From: Octopus bimaculoides
Taxonomy: Eukaryota
Direction of reading: 5' to 3'
NCBI RefSeq assembly: GCF_001194135.2
Contig: NC_068985.1
Coordinates: 123,068,806 to 123,132,805, forward strand
DNA length: 64,000 nucleotides
This document shows, piece by piece, positions 13,298-26,305 of the stretch; positions within the stretch are counted from its first letter, which is position 1, and each line of letters begins with the position of its first letter. The position numbers and the translations under genes were made by a program. Below the pieces are notes generated by a model. It ran no database searches. It was not told the origin of the DNA and was given only the letters and a program-made list of their open reading frames with translations.

Positions 13298-14780
13298 CAA
13301 TTAACGGTGATCTTGATCTTCTCTAGATCAGTGTTTGTCGGAAAATATAGCGAAGGTGGAAACCCCATTCCTGCTCCCAGCAGAGTGGACTCCATTGTGG
13401 GCACTGCAAAGGACCAGGTTTTGGTTAAAGCCAATCACAGATTAAACCTGATACCCAAACCACGTGGTGGTTTTAAGCAAGGCAATATATTAAACCTTTG
13501 AGCTATGCAGCTATTTGTCTCGAGAAAGAAGAAGTGATAAACCTACCACCCATCCAAATCGTAGTGTCAAACAGGGGCATACATTAAGCCTATCATCCAG
13601 ACACGCGTTATTATTAGCTGAAGCTCCATATTAGGTCTAATAGACAAAAATATCTTCACTCTTTCATCCACGCTTGAACGTGTTATGTACCATTATTTTT
13701 TTAAAATTATATATATGATTTATGAATTCCTTAATTGATTTAATTGGGGAAATACAAAATTCCAATTTTCTTTTCCTGAAAGAATACGTGAATATTTCTT
13801 GCATTCCAAGATTGAAACTACACTGTTGTCTTGTCGTTGCCGCTGCATTGACTCGCGCTACAATTTCTATAATCTTTTTATTTTGAAATCGTGCGTTTTC
13901 ATGTTTCAGTCATTTTGTTCACACTGCATACTGTCTCCAATAATTTGAAAGTACAGAAAAAGAGAGGTTCTACGCTTTCATGTAATTGCATCAGTGAATG
14001 TGTGGGTTTTGCATTTTGATAGTTGATCAACGTTCACAGTTTTTCATGCACATGCACATGCGTTTTACATATTACAATAAGATGAGCAGCACATTATAAG
14101 ATATTCACCCATCTATGTTCTATTCTTAACAGTAACAGTTTTATACGTTTATGCATCTGTATTTCATACGATTCTATAAGATTAACATTTATCGTTTTAC
14201 ACATTTAAGAACGTTCTACTCATAATAAACATTCTTTAAGAGTTTTTTTGCAAAGTGACTACACTTTAACACATGTGTACATCTGTGCATTTTAAACTTT
14301 TCTGTAGAAACCAATGGTAATAATTCTTTGTCGGTACGCATCATTTTCAAAGTAATCAGCGACTCTCCTTCAAAATCTTAATGAAATGAAGCGCTGTGCA
14401 AGACGGTCTTAAATAAACAGAGGGATGGAATGGTCAAGGCTGGATTGACGTTGGTCATCGTCTTTCACGTTCATTGTTGATTTGTGTTCAATCGACAACA
14501 GCACATCTCTATAAAAGTAGTTTTCAAGTATGCCGAAGAATCAACCAAGTTGCTTGCGTGGTTCAAAGAATTCTTGATGGCATATGCCTTGGTTAACAAA
14601 GCAACGAGTTCAAATACCGCTGCGATTAATACTACTTGTTTTTTTTTTTATCCTTTCCGGATCGAGAAATGCAGTAGTTCCGTATTGGAGTGGATTTATT
14701 TTTCCTTCCTTCCTTCCTTCCTTCCTTCCTTCCTTCCCTTCTTCCTTCCTTCCTTCCTTCCTTCCTTCCCTTCTTCCTTC

Positions 14781-14823
<43 letters not shown>

Positions 14824-16149
14824 TTTTTCTTAAAAAATCAGCAGTGATTAGAGCCGGCGAGGGATGGGCTCTGTCAGGTCTAAAATGCCAAAGATAGGTT
14901 GTATGCTACGACGCTCCTACTGCGGCTCGAGCCAGAAGTCCAGGGCTTTCGGACACGACACATACATCGTTTTCCTTCTTCCTCAGTGAAACAGCATCCA
15001 CACACGCGTTCAAGTATGCATTTCCAGTTCTTACACCAACCAGTGGTTTAATAGTCTTATTAAAATGTCCACTTGGAATTAACGACTATTCGTATCCTAG
15101 CTAATGACCATGCAGAGCAATGGCCTCCAGGGAAATTTTCGGTTAAAAGAGAATTTATGTTTTCGAAATCATTATTTCTCATCTGTATGACAGTGAAAGT
15201 TTTTCTGTTGAGCATGCGAAGAACATGAATCTGCTAGGTGTTTGTTTTTATCGTTTTTCATAATTTTTTTTTTCATAGGCAAATGATAGCTTGACTGTAG
15301 TGTTGCTATTTGGTCAATATTCTTGTGGGTTTGTTGGGAAAATGTTAATGTTAAAAATGTCATTAACAACCTCAGATGTTCTAGTGTGGCTGATTAAATA
15401 TCCACGGTGATAACAGTCATATTAGTTGAAAGAAATATCTTTTCTTTTGTTCTGTTGTTTTTCTTTCTTTCTAATACACCGAGAAAATCAGACGCTTACA
15501 AGCATAAGGGATTAAAGAGGATACATTTAAAAACATAACAAAATAAATACAAAACATATTGTCACTTGGTTTGAACTCGTTTCGACTCTGTTGCCTTCAG
15601 GGTTAAGAATTAAGAGATTCTTAAAGAAGACATTTATTCTTGAAGTATAGAATATTTTTTCTTCCGGCCTAATCATTGTCATCGTCATTCATCATCCTCA
15701 TTTGCTCTGCTTTCTTTTCCTTCTTCTTCTTCTTCTTTGAAAATTGTCAGGCAAATGCAGTATAAAAAGGCAATACAAAACGCAGTAATATAAACACTCA
15801 AATGGGAAGCTCTGGCCGTGTGGCTAAGGCTACGACGGTATGACTTAGGTGTCGAAATTTGATCAATATTCTATTGGGTACGTTGGGAAAATATGAATGT
15901 TAAATGACGTCAATAATAACCATTGAAGCTCATCTGTCACTGATTTCACATACACTTGGATAAATATTCATATTAGCCGAGAGAAATGCGCCCTTGGTTT
16001 TTTCATTCCTTACTTTCACTTGTTTTCCCTTCCCTCCATTATAGTGTAAAGTTCCGTGGGAATTACACAAAAAAGACTCCGTCCACCGACAATAAGTTTC
16101 AATCATTTGTTTGGCATTTCATTTTGTACATACAAACATGCAGCCATAC

Positions 16150-16363
16150 ATATTCTTTTATTTGTTTCAGTCATTTGACTGCGGCCATGCTGGAGCGCCA
16201 ACGTAATGGGTGTTAGTCAAATAAATCGACCCCAGAACTTATTCTTTGTAAGCTTTATTGTAAGTACTTATTCTAACCGTCTCTTTTACCGAACCACTAA
16301 GTTACGGAGACATAAACACACCAGCATCGGTTGTCAAACGATTGTGGTGGTACAAACACAAAA

Positions 16364-16417
<54 letters not shown>

Positions 16418-16600
16418 GATGGGCTTCTTCCAGTTTCCGTCTACCAAATCATTGGCAAAGTTTCTGTCTGCCAAATTACAAGGCTTTGGTTAACCCGAGG
16501 CTATAGTAGAGGCCTCTTGCCCAAGATGACACGCAGTGGGATTGAACCCGGAATCATGTAGCTAGGAAGCAAGCTTCTTACCACACAACCATGCCTGTGC
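16150..16600 (-). mobile_element. SINE family B, near full length
   Basis: Tail TTCAGTCATTTGACTGCGGCCATGCTGGAGC, internal (CA)/(TA) tract, and a head whose reverse complement carries TGGTTGTGTGG A-box, GGGTTCAATCCC B-box and CTTGGGCAAG CORE-like motif. Confidence 0.9.
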
Positions 16601-16688
16601 ATATATATATNNNNNNNNNNNNNNNNNNNNNNNNNNNNNNNNNNNNNNNNNNNNNNNNNNNNNNNNNNNNNNNNNNNNNNNNNNNNNN

Positions 16689-16766
<78 letters not shown>

Positions 16767-16789
16767 AGAGGTTGGGAAACCAACCAACT

Positions 16790-17010
16790 AAGGGATACTA
16801 CCTATCCAATATATATACTGCTGGTAGTGTACCCAATTATTCATACCCAAATACTGGTTTTTCCGTAACAATCTCGCAATTGAGTGTCATATATGGGCGG
16901 TGGTAAAGAGTGGTTTACCCTTAATTTATACGGCAAATAAGAAAATGGAGAGGATACAAAACGACATACATCATCCGGTAGACATTCCAGTGTGCCTATT
17001 TTTCCAAAGC
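16790..17010. repeat. Unclassified interspersed repeat, second copy at 26125-26305
   Basis: Shared AAGGGATA.TA.CTATCCAATAT..ACTGCTGGTAG..TACCCAATTATT and TTTACCCTTAATTTATAC.GCAA.TAAGAAAATGGAG. Confidence 0.7.
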
Positions 17011-17698
17011 ATTAGAAAGTATTAGAAGAAAACATACACATGCGGTAACTATGTGTTACACACACGTGTTGATATTACAGAAAAGAGCAAAAGATCAGCT
17101 CCTTATGGCCGTTTCTGCCAAGAGGCAACGATATCCTCCATGCCTGAGGAAAGAGGCTCCTAAAGAGCAACATAAGAAAGGTAAAAGAAGCGGGCAGAAA
17201 AAGAATAGGAGCAAGCATGGGGCTGTGAGAGAAGTACATCTTATTAGAATGAGTTAGGTATAGAAAGTGGAAATAAGCTACAAACTTCCCAGGATCCATG
17301 TTATTTCGTCCAATGGTAGATAGGTGAAGATAGTCGTTCTTATAAACATATATCTAACTATCGGGGGAAACTACTGTATATGGTTAAACGTGATATAGGA
17401 GCTGGATAGGGGGTTCATTGTTGTCGGAAGGCAGAGGAAGGAGGATTTCGTGAATAGGGACAAAATTATAGCGGACCGGGAGGGAAATGGTTGTTTGTTT
17501 TGCTAACTTATAATTATTCAGTATTAATACTTATGCTAGTAAAATATAGAATATTAGACAAAGTATTTGAGGAGTGGCACTGTGTTATAGTATTAAAATT
17601 AAGTTTAGTGTTTGTCTGTATCTAGGAGCATGCATTGTTTGAGTGTATATATACATGTATATGTATATGTATGTATGTATATATATGTGTGTGTATAC

Positions 17699-17787
<89 letters not shown>

Positions 17788-17817
17788 CATATATATACAT
17801 TTATATATATGTATATG

Positions 17818-17848
<31 letters not shown>

Positions 17849-18251
17849 ATGTGTGTGTGTGTGTGTGTATGTGTGTGTATACATATACATATATTTTTGT
17901 GGGAGTTTGTGTGTATGCACACAATTCCTAAAAGTAGCAGGCAAATTTCTCTCAAATCATACCGTAGCATATTTAACGAAAAGGAAGAATACATTCAATA
18001 TAGTAGTCTTAGATATATTATCCCAGTAAATGACTTCAAAATCATTGATTTGTCTGCTAAATAAGGGCTGATATTGGAATAAAAAGTCAATAACGATCTC
18101 AATAATCACTCTAAGAAGAACAAAAATATTTATCTCTTCATAAAAAATCACTGTCGGCAATCTGTAAAAGATGACGGTTATGTTTGGAACATTTTGGCCT
18201 TCTAACATCATCAGGTGCTTTATTCATAGATATCTACATAGTACTTTAGTC

Positions 18252-18476
18252 CTTTAGTCTTTTACTTGCTACAGTCATTTGACCGCGGCCATGCTGGAGG
18301 ACTGCCCTGAAGGGTCTTTAGTTGAAAAAATCGACCCAAGGACTTATTTTTTAAAGCCTAGTATTTATACTATCGTCTCTTTTGGCGAATCGTTAAAATA
18401 CAGGGACGTAAACACATCAACACCGGTTATCAAGCGGTATTAAGGGAAAAACACAGACACAAAGACACACGCATAG

Positions 18477-18511
<35 letters not shown>

Positions 18512-18742
18512 TACACACACGCATATATACGACAGGCTTCCTTCAATTTCCGTCTACCAAATTTACTCACAAGGCTTTCGTCGGCTCAATACTACAGCAG
18601 AAGACACTTGCCCAACGTGCCAAGCAGTGGGACTGAACCCGGAACCATATGGCTGGGAAGCAAGCTTCTTATTTCTTTATTGCCCACAAGGGGCTAAACA
18701 TAGAGGGGACAGACAAAGGGCAAGCTTCTTACCGCACGCCTA
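18252..18742 (-). mobile_element. SINE family B with a 48-bp insertion in its head
   Basis: Family B tail, body and head all present; head interrupted at 18672-18719 by a sequence flanked by the direct repeat GCAAGCTTCTTA. Confidence 0.88.
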
Positions 18743-19837
18743 CTTACGTTATTTAAATTCATTTCCACTAGATGCTATTGAAATTTGGCATTAACTCTAC
18801 GTGCATTAGTGATATAAGGAATAAAAAGTCATGTTGACTTTAAAAATTTGTTATGACTGAAGAATATTACTTTATCCTTAAGATACTTGTCTTTAGCTCC
18901 TTGATTGTTTTTTATTCAGCAATCTATCAGCACCGTTCTCATCTTTATTATTATTTCTTTTACAAAGATGCACAAAATATAATAATAGTTAAAAAGCAGC
19001 CGTTTAGGGGAACATATCAAATAAAATAGTTGTTGTCCATCAAAAGAAAACTGATATCTTATTTATTTCATTTCATTTAAAAGAAAATTTGCTTAAGAAT
19101 ATTTCTATATTTGTCAGAAGCTTATCCGCCAACAGACGCATTATTTGAAAGTTTTGTTTCATTAAAATGAAATTACATTAGTTTTTGACAAGATGCTGGG
19201 GTGCCACAAGTAACCTTTTCGTTCTGTACCCTGATTTGATCATTAATTCCTTAATATTGATAACGTGGTTTGATGTAATTCCCTTATCTCGTTTCTTCAT
19301 ATATGTTCCGCTTCAGTTTTCATCCCTTTCAAGTTATTTCCTAAATGAAATCTTCTGCTGGATAATCTGCCGAATTTGTGTTCTGTACGTAACATCATCT
19401 CAAATCATTTATCGTCTACAGCATCCAACATGAAGTAATCCATATCCAAAAGATGTTTGATTTCCTCTCATAGGGTTAGTATACGAAGAAGTTGATTAAA
19501 GGTTTCAACGATAGAGAGAAAAGTAAGAGAGAACGAGAGAGAGAGAAAGAGAGAGACCGATGGAGAGAGGAGACAGACAGAGAGAGGAGAGAGAGAGGAG
19601 ACAGACGGAGAGAGGAGAGAGATACAGAAGGAGAGAGAGACAGAAGGAGAGAGGAGAGAGAGATAGACAAACAGAGATAGAGACATAGATTGGGACTGAA
19701 GCCTCTTATGGAATATTTCTCTTCTAATGGGATGCTACACATTTAATCGATTTATATATATTGCACTGTTTTGAACATTAAGTCAGAGTGCAGAAAAATT
19801 ACAGACAACTGTAGCAAGAGACAATACCACAGCATTA

Positions 19838-19985
19838 AAGGCGGCGATTAGAAAGGTTGTTAGAGGCTAAGACAAAAAACTTGCAATATTTGTTCCGTCC
19901 TTTTCTGTTCTGAGTTCAAACCCTGTTCAGTTAGATTCAGTCCTTTATCCTTCCTTGTTGGTAAAGTTAAGTGGCAGTTAACAGG
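19838..19985 (+). mobile_element. Degenerate SINE family A copy
   Basis: AAGGCGGCGA start and TTCTGAGTTCAAACCC B-box. Confidence 0.55.
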
Positions 19986-21304
19986 TGCCATATTAATGAA
20001 CGTGTACATAGAGCCAGAGTCTAACGATAAACTATATCCAAATACAATATTATTATTACTCTAATTCACAATGCTAGTGACACATGTATTCTTAATGGTA
20101 CAATTTTAGGTTATTCAAACTTAATTTTCTCGAAGATAGACTGTTTAAGCTTATACCAGCGCTTTGCTTTCTTACCGAGTACTAAGTAAACATAACATAG
20201 TGCTTTTTTAATCGTTCTAAAATTCTGGCATTACTCTCTATGAATTAGAGAAGTTGCATTAAGGAGTTGTATATATAGATGAAAATATTAAAAAAAAATT
20301 ATTTCTAAAGATTGCGTCAATAATTGTTTCTAATTTACGTACAAAGTCAATAATTTCGAGTCGATTGCTACTTTCGACTCCAGTACTAGACTGTTACTTT
20401 ATTCATCGATCCTTACAGGATGAAAGCGAAAGCTAACATCGGTGAAACTGGAATTCAGAATATAAAAAGGCGAAAGAAATATCGCAAAGTATTTTGTCCA
20501 ATGGTCTAACGATTCTGTCAACCTACTACTAAAGGATTGTTTTATAATCCGAAAAAATATAATAACAAAATATTTATCAGTGTAAAATAAAGTTTTTATT
20601 ATATTAGTTTTCTCCATTGATATAAAATATGATGGGTGAAATGTGCTCCTCTCTAGGGTACAGAGTTCAAAATTAGGTAAGGAAAGGCAAAGTCACGTTC
20701 AGAGAGATTTGAACACGAAGACCTGTGAAATAAAACTAAAAATGAAGACGTTTTTAGTGCAACTCTCTTAACGATTCTACTACCATATGATGTTACAACA
20801 AGTACTCGACCTAGTTTCGGCGTTCGCCTACATTTTTAGGTGTTACATAATATCATATTATGTTTCCGAAATCACCTGTGAAAGGATAAATTCAATCGAT
20901 AAATTGATTACACCTGACTGCATGGAAATGTCAATTTAAGTGCCTCATAGAACTTCGTTAATGAAAATTAATTATATGAGATGAGACAGACTGTAGACCT
21001 GAATAATGAACAATATAGAGATAATCAAATACAGACATAAAGAAATAAAGAAGAGATGCACACAGACAATTGTAAGTATATGTATGTATGTGTGTATGTA
21101 TGTATATATGTATGTATGTGCGTGTGTATGTGTATATGCATGTGTATCTGTGTGTATGTGGGAGTGTGCGTATGTGTCTGAGTGTGTTTGATAACATTAA
21201 AAGAATATTGATTTGTATGAAATGTATTGTTGTTATCAGTTGCAAATATATATATTAATACACACACACACACGCACATACACATTATATATATGTTCAT
21301 CTTT

Positions 21305-21410
21305 TTTATTTTGGGGGAAGAGGCCAGTCGATTAGATTAACCCCAGTAGGCAACTAGTACTTAATTTATCGACCCCGAAAGGATGTAAGGCAAAGTTGAG
21401 CTCGGCGTTT
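21305..21410 (-). mobile_element. SINE family A, 3' fragment
   Basis: GTACTTAATTTATCGACCCCGAAAGGATG.AAGGCAAAGT.GA.CTCGGCG matches the family A body in reverse. Confidence 0.75.
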
Positions 21411-21835
21411 TATATGGAATATTGACATATAACTGTATAACCAACTAAAAATTAATTTGTACTAAGAATAGGAACAATGTGAACATGACACATATTTGTT
21501 TATAAATGTGAACTCTACAATATCAAGTTCACGAAAAGTGGATCGATTAATGTTTATTAGTAGAAACATGAATTTGCTTAGCACAAATATAGAATTAATT
21601 TTCCCGCATGCGAACTTGATGTGATAGTATTTGTTCACATATATATGAAATGACATGTTTAATGGCGTTCCTCTTTTGGGTATGAATTAGATTTCAGTCG
21701 GTGATATTTTTTATTTATACATATTCCAGTTTAGTAAATCAATATTTTTCCGCACTTGCAACATCTGCAAAGTTATTTATTTGATACTTTCTCTTTCTTT
21801 CTTCATATTTTGTTTATTAGTTATCGTTTCGGTCT

Positions 21836-22660
21836 AAGGTGGCGAGTTGGCAGAGTTAGCACGTCGGACAGAACGTTAGCGCGTCGGACAGAACGTTAGC
21901 ACGTCGGACAGAACGTTAGCACGTCGGACTGAACGTTAGCACCTCGGACTGAACGTTAGCACGTCGGACAGAACGTTAGCACGTCGGACAGAACGTTAGC
22001 ACGTCGGACTGAACGTTAGCACGTCGGACTGAATANNNNNNNNNNNNNNNNNNNNNNNNNNNNNNNNNNNNNNNNNNNNNNNNNNNNNNNNNNNNNNNNN
22101 NNNNNNNNNNNNNNNNNNNNNNNNNNNNNNNNNNNNNNNNNNNNNNNNNNNNNNNNNNNNNNNNNNNNNNNNNNNNNNNNNNNNNNNNNNNNNNNNNNNN
22201 NNNNNNNNNNNNNNNNNNNNNNNNNNNNNNNNNNNNNNNNNNNNNNNNNNNNNNNNNNNNNNNNNNNNNNNNNNNNNNNNNNNNNNNNNNNNNNNNNNNN
22301 NNNNNNNNNNNNNNNNNNNNNNNNNNNNNNNNNNNNNNNNNNNNNNNNNNNNNNNNNNNNNNNNNNNNNNNNNNNNNNNNNNNNNNNNNNNNNNNNNNNN
22401 NNNNNNNNNNNNNNGCGTCGGACAGAACGTTAGCACGTCGGACAGAACGTTAGCACGTCGGACTGAACGTTAGCACGTCGGACTGAATACCCAGTGGTAT
22501 TTCCTCCAACTCATTGCGTTCTGAGTTCAAATTCCGCCGAGGACGACTTTTCCTTTCAACCTTTCGGGATAGGTAAAATAAGTACCAGTGAGCACTGGGA
22601 TCGATATAATCGACTAGTTCCCTCCACCTAAAAACACTGGCCTTGTGAAAACACTTGAAA
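21836..22660 (+). mobile_element. SINE family A copy hosting a tandem array in its tRNA-like head
   Basis: AAGGTGGCGAGTTGGCAGAG start, array, then TTCTGAGTTCAAATTCCGCCGAGG B-box and normal body and tail to ~22660. Confidence 0.88.
21855..22488 (+). repeat. 20-bp minisatellite, unit GTTAGCACGTCGGAC(A/T)GAAC
   Basis: Nine units visible before the gap (21855-22034) and about 3.7 after it (22415-22488); no spacers. Confidence 0.97.
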
Positions 22661-22965
22661 CATAATTATAGTTCTTTGCTCAAAAGAACTCTTGTATTCT
22701 CTGTTTACGTTACTAAACTATATTAATTTTTCTTGTCTTTTTAATTTTCATACTCATTCGTCTGTATCTTCTCACATCTAATAAGCTTCAAGCGTTGCTA
22801 GAGTAAATTATATTATCTTAGATGCCGAAATTGTAAGGATTTTCACCTGACAACTGAAGAACGTACTGGTCTCATGTAAGTTCCCTTGTAATACCCTATA
22901 AATCATTATATTTTTCCGTATCACATTTTTCAAAATGACTTTATGGTTCTTACTCTTACGAACAT

Positions 22966-23001
<36 letters not shown>

Positions 23002-23552
23002 ACACACACACACACACATTATCATATACAGACACACATACGAGCACGTAATACTTATCACTTTACATTATCATAACTCCAATTGCGGCACCCACGGAAA
23101 TTCCACAATGTAAGTCAGCATATTTTGATACCTACTTTCTAATAACAAGAAAATGAATAATGGTGGTGCCCCAGCATGGCTACAACCTTTGGTCAGAAAC
23201 ATGTAAAAGATAAAAGTGTAACATCTACATCTATTTGCTAACTAAAGTTATTTCATTTTAATTTAACTATCTATTTGTCTTTTAGTGTATGAATTTATAG
23301 ATATTAATGACATTTGTTCATCATGTTAAACATTTTAATTGTGCCTGCGATTTGAACACACAAATGCAGAATAATATATGATAACATACTTCTGCTGCTT
23401 CTCATTCTATTTTTTCACTGATTCCACTACTTCCATTCCTCACTTTGTCTCTTCTTCTCCATCTTCATATATTTATCATTCTCCATACGAGTAATTACCT
23501 CCCTTGTCATAACACACGAACAAAACAGCCAAACCGTTGGATCAACAAGAAT

Positions 23553-23780
23553 AATATCGGCTTCAAATTTTTGCACAAGGCCAGCAAGTTCGGCGGGTGG
23601 GGTTAAATCGATTACATTGACGCACAGTACTCAACTGGTACTTATTTTATCGACCTGAAAAGATGAAAGGCAAAGACGACTTCGGCTGAATTGGAACTCA
23701 GAACATAGAGACCAATGAGATGCCGCTAGGCATTACTCACCACCCCGGCTGCTTAACGACTCTGCCAGCTCACCGCCTTA
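23553..23780 (-). mobile_element. SINE family A, full length
   Basis: Reverse complement starts TAAGGCGGTGAGCTGGCAGAGTCGTTAAG, has TTCTGAGTTCCAATTC B-box and ends GGCCTTGTGCAAAAATTTGAAGCCGATATT. Confidence 0.87.
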
Positions 23781-24317
23781 AAAACAAGAATGATATTATA
23801 AGAACTTAATGACCACAGTTATGATAACGGCCTCGCTGTTTGAATAAGTTTTGACATGTGAGACGCAAGTGAATTCTTTTCTCTCTCCCTCTCTCTTTAT
23901 GTGTATAAAAATGCACAGATATTTTATTTAAGATAGTTTAGTGTCTTATTACACTGGAGTTTCCCCGAAGATTTGTCAGCTCTTTAGACGGGAATAAACT
24001 CTATAAGGGATATAAAATTTCCATTGATGACAAGACTGGAACACATGAGAGGTTAAATTTTCATATCGACTTTTGACTGGCATCAGTAAAGAAACAGTCA
24101 GTCAAAAGTCGACTTTTATATTTCGCCAATTGTAGTTTTAGTCTCCCCTTCATGACATAGTTACATACAGTGTGTCTTTATTCTTTATTCAATCAATTCC
24201 TTTGTAATGAACAAGCGATATGTCGGCAAAACACCCACTGGTTCAGATTACATAAATCAGTCCACTCTATTGAGCATTGAGTACTCCTTTCCCGTTTGTT
24301 ATAGATGCATAGAAAAT

Positions 24318-24389
<72 letters not shown>

Positions 24390-25304
24390 GGAATTAAGAG
24401 CGGATTAGCGATTAACTAGACGAAAAGAAATACTAGTGTCTCTTTATAATCCTGTTGCAAGATACTTATAACACATGATATAAAATTGTTAATCAAATTA
24501 ACAGCTGGTTGTGTCACATGATTTCGAATTATCCTGACAGTAATAAAATATCACTGTTTGTTCGGTAGTTGATATATTCTCTATCTTTCTTTAATTTTTC
24601 TTACTGCCATTGGTATTATATCCTGAAGGTTGGCCACTACTGCAACGTAATAGGTGCGCTACAAGAAGTTTAATTTATCCGACCGCAGCAATCCTAGTTT
24701 AAAGAATATTTCCATTTATAAAGAAAAAAAAAGGTGTTTTTGCCGTGTGTAGCATTAAGTTAACATTAATTGAGAATTTAATTTTCCAGTCTTGAACATC
24801 CAGTATCTTTCTCAAGTATTTCCTACCCAGGACTCTATTACCCAGTCTCTCTCCCTTTTCAAGGCAATATAGTTTCAGTTGAGGGAAATTTGACTGCTAT
24901 TTGTAGAGGTTCGAGTGACCCGTAGAGTCTCCCTCATTGTCTTGTGAGTCCTTGTTGTTGTAAAATCCTAGGCCAGTCTTGATGAATTTCATCTATAAAC
25001 AATGGAATTCCAGTCGTGGCCATCCCTTCATGTGGTCAGATATAGTGTGTCTAAAACCATAGGTAACTGAATGGTATTTGATGGAAACTTTCACTGTCGA
25101 ATCGAGAGATCTTGTCGAGGAGACCTCGTTAGCCGCGAAGGTGAACAAGATAGTAGAATGTCTAACTAAATACTCCACAGTATTCACTTTCATTCAACCA
25201 CTTTTTAAGTTCAAATCCCGCCAAGTTCTACTTAACTTTCATCGTTATAGAGTCAACAAATTAAAGAAGTGTCAATTCTCTACTGACACTCATTCAGTCA
25301 ACTA

Positions 25305-25381
25305 CAGGGTGCGGCAGAAAGGTTGCCGCGATTTCAATGGTTAATAATTTGAAATCGGGGCAACCTTTCTGCCGCACCCTA
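25305..25381. mobile_element. 77-bp hairpin MITE, Tc1/mariner superfamily-like
   Basis: TA + CAGGGTGCGGCAGAAAGGTTGCC.CGATTTCAA ... TTGAAATCG.GGCAACCTTTCTGCCGCACCCT(A) + TA; about 33-bp arms with a short loop. Confidence 0.8.
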
Positions 25382-25801
25382 TATTATCCGCATAGAAATG
25401 TGTGGCTAGATCATAAATTCGAAAGAAATCCTTTATATCTCGATCTATAAGTTGACTAAGATGATTGTGCGCTCAACTAAACGGTTCAAAAATTTAATCT
25501 CTTCTGTTGTGGCTGCCTTGAAATTCAAATTGGTTTCAAGTTCTCTTCAGTTCACCTGGAGTCAATTCACCAAAAATATATATTTTGTGTAAAGCCTAAA
25601 ATAAATTAGTTGTTGTTAGTATAGTTACTTAATGCTAGGTCAACTTTCATTAAGCATGAACTATGATCAAAAGTACTCCCGATGGGGAATTCTTTTTCCT
25701 ACACTCTATATTTTAGAAAGGCAACATCATCCAAAGTTTTATTATTTCCTAAGATGTTAGCTGCGTGTTTTGAATGAGATTTCTCCACTAGTTGGAGATG
25801 G

Positions 25802-25851
25802 CCTCGCGGCCTTGCTTCGTTACCCTCGCGGCCTTGCTTCGTTACCCTCGC
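25802..25851. repeat. Perfect 22-bp tandem duplication plus partial third unit
   Basis: CCTCGCGGCCTTGCTTCGTTAC twice (25802-25823, 25824-25845), then CCTCGC. Confidence 0.92.
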
Positions 25852-26124
25852 TGACTTGAGAAATGTCTTGTGTTATCATGTAGAAAGCGATGTGGATTTT
25901 AGTTTGTCTTACTTCACTTAAATGGCTGTTGACATTAGAAAGAGCATGGACGCTAGTATACACTATTTTTTCTTTCTATAAAATATGCGATATTTGAGCG
26001 GTGATCTCAAGGTTTCAACAGCTTGCCGACTATGTGTACAAAGAATGTGGACACTAACATGAATGAAAAGCCTTTCAATTTGCTTTATCTGACAAGAAAG
26101 AAAACTTGTAGTGCGAAGAAGTCA

Positions 26125-26305
26125 GCAAGGGATAGTATCTATCCAATATACTGCTGGTAGAATACCCAATTATTAATACACAAGTGTTTTTTCATTGCAT
26201 GGCAATTAAACTACTGAATGTAATAAATGGGTGAGGGTAAAAAATTTTTTACCCTTAATTTATACAGCAATAAGAAAATGGAGGGGATCAAGAGGTGGTA
26301 TTCAT
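26125..26305. repeat. Second copy of the unclassified repeat at 16790-17010
   Basis: Same conserved blocks in the same order and orientation. Confidence 0.7.

Noticed and set aside
14400-14520. Possible minus-strand terminal exon (RDVLLSIEHKSTMNVKDDDQRQSSLDHSIPLFI*)
   Set aside because: Short open frame with no recognisable homology; expected by chance.
20806-20842. Hammerhead-like GGC-GAAC-GCC-GAAAC on the minus strand (similar weak cases at ~35565-35590, ~41548-41585, ~51620-51645 and ~61310-61430)
   Set aside because: Core has two or more substitutions or a deletion and stems I/III do not pair; cannot be distinguished from chance without a family consensus.
21855-22488. CRISPR-like appearance of the 20-bp array
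   Set aside because: Units are directly adjacent with no spacers, the context is eukaryotic, and the unit derives from the host SINE.
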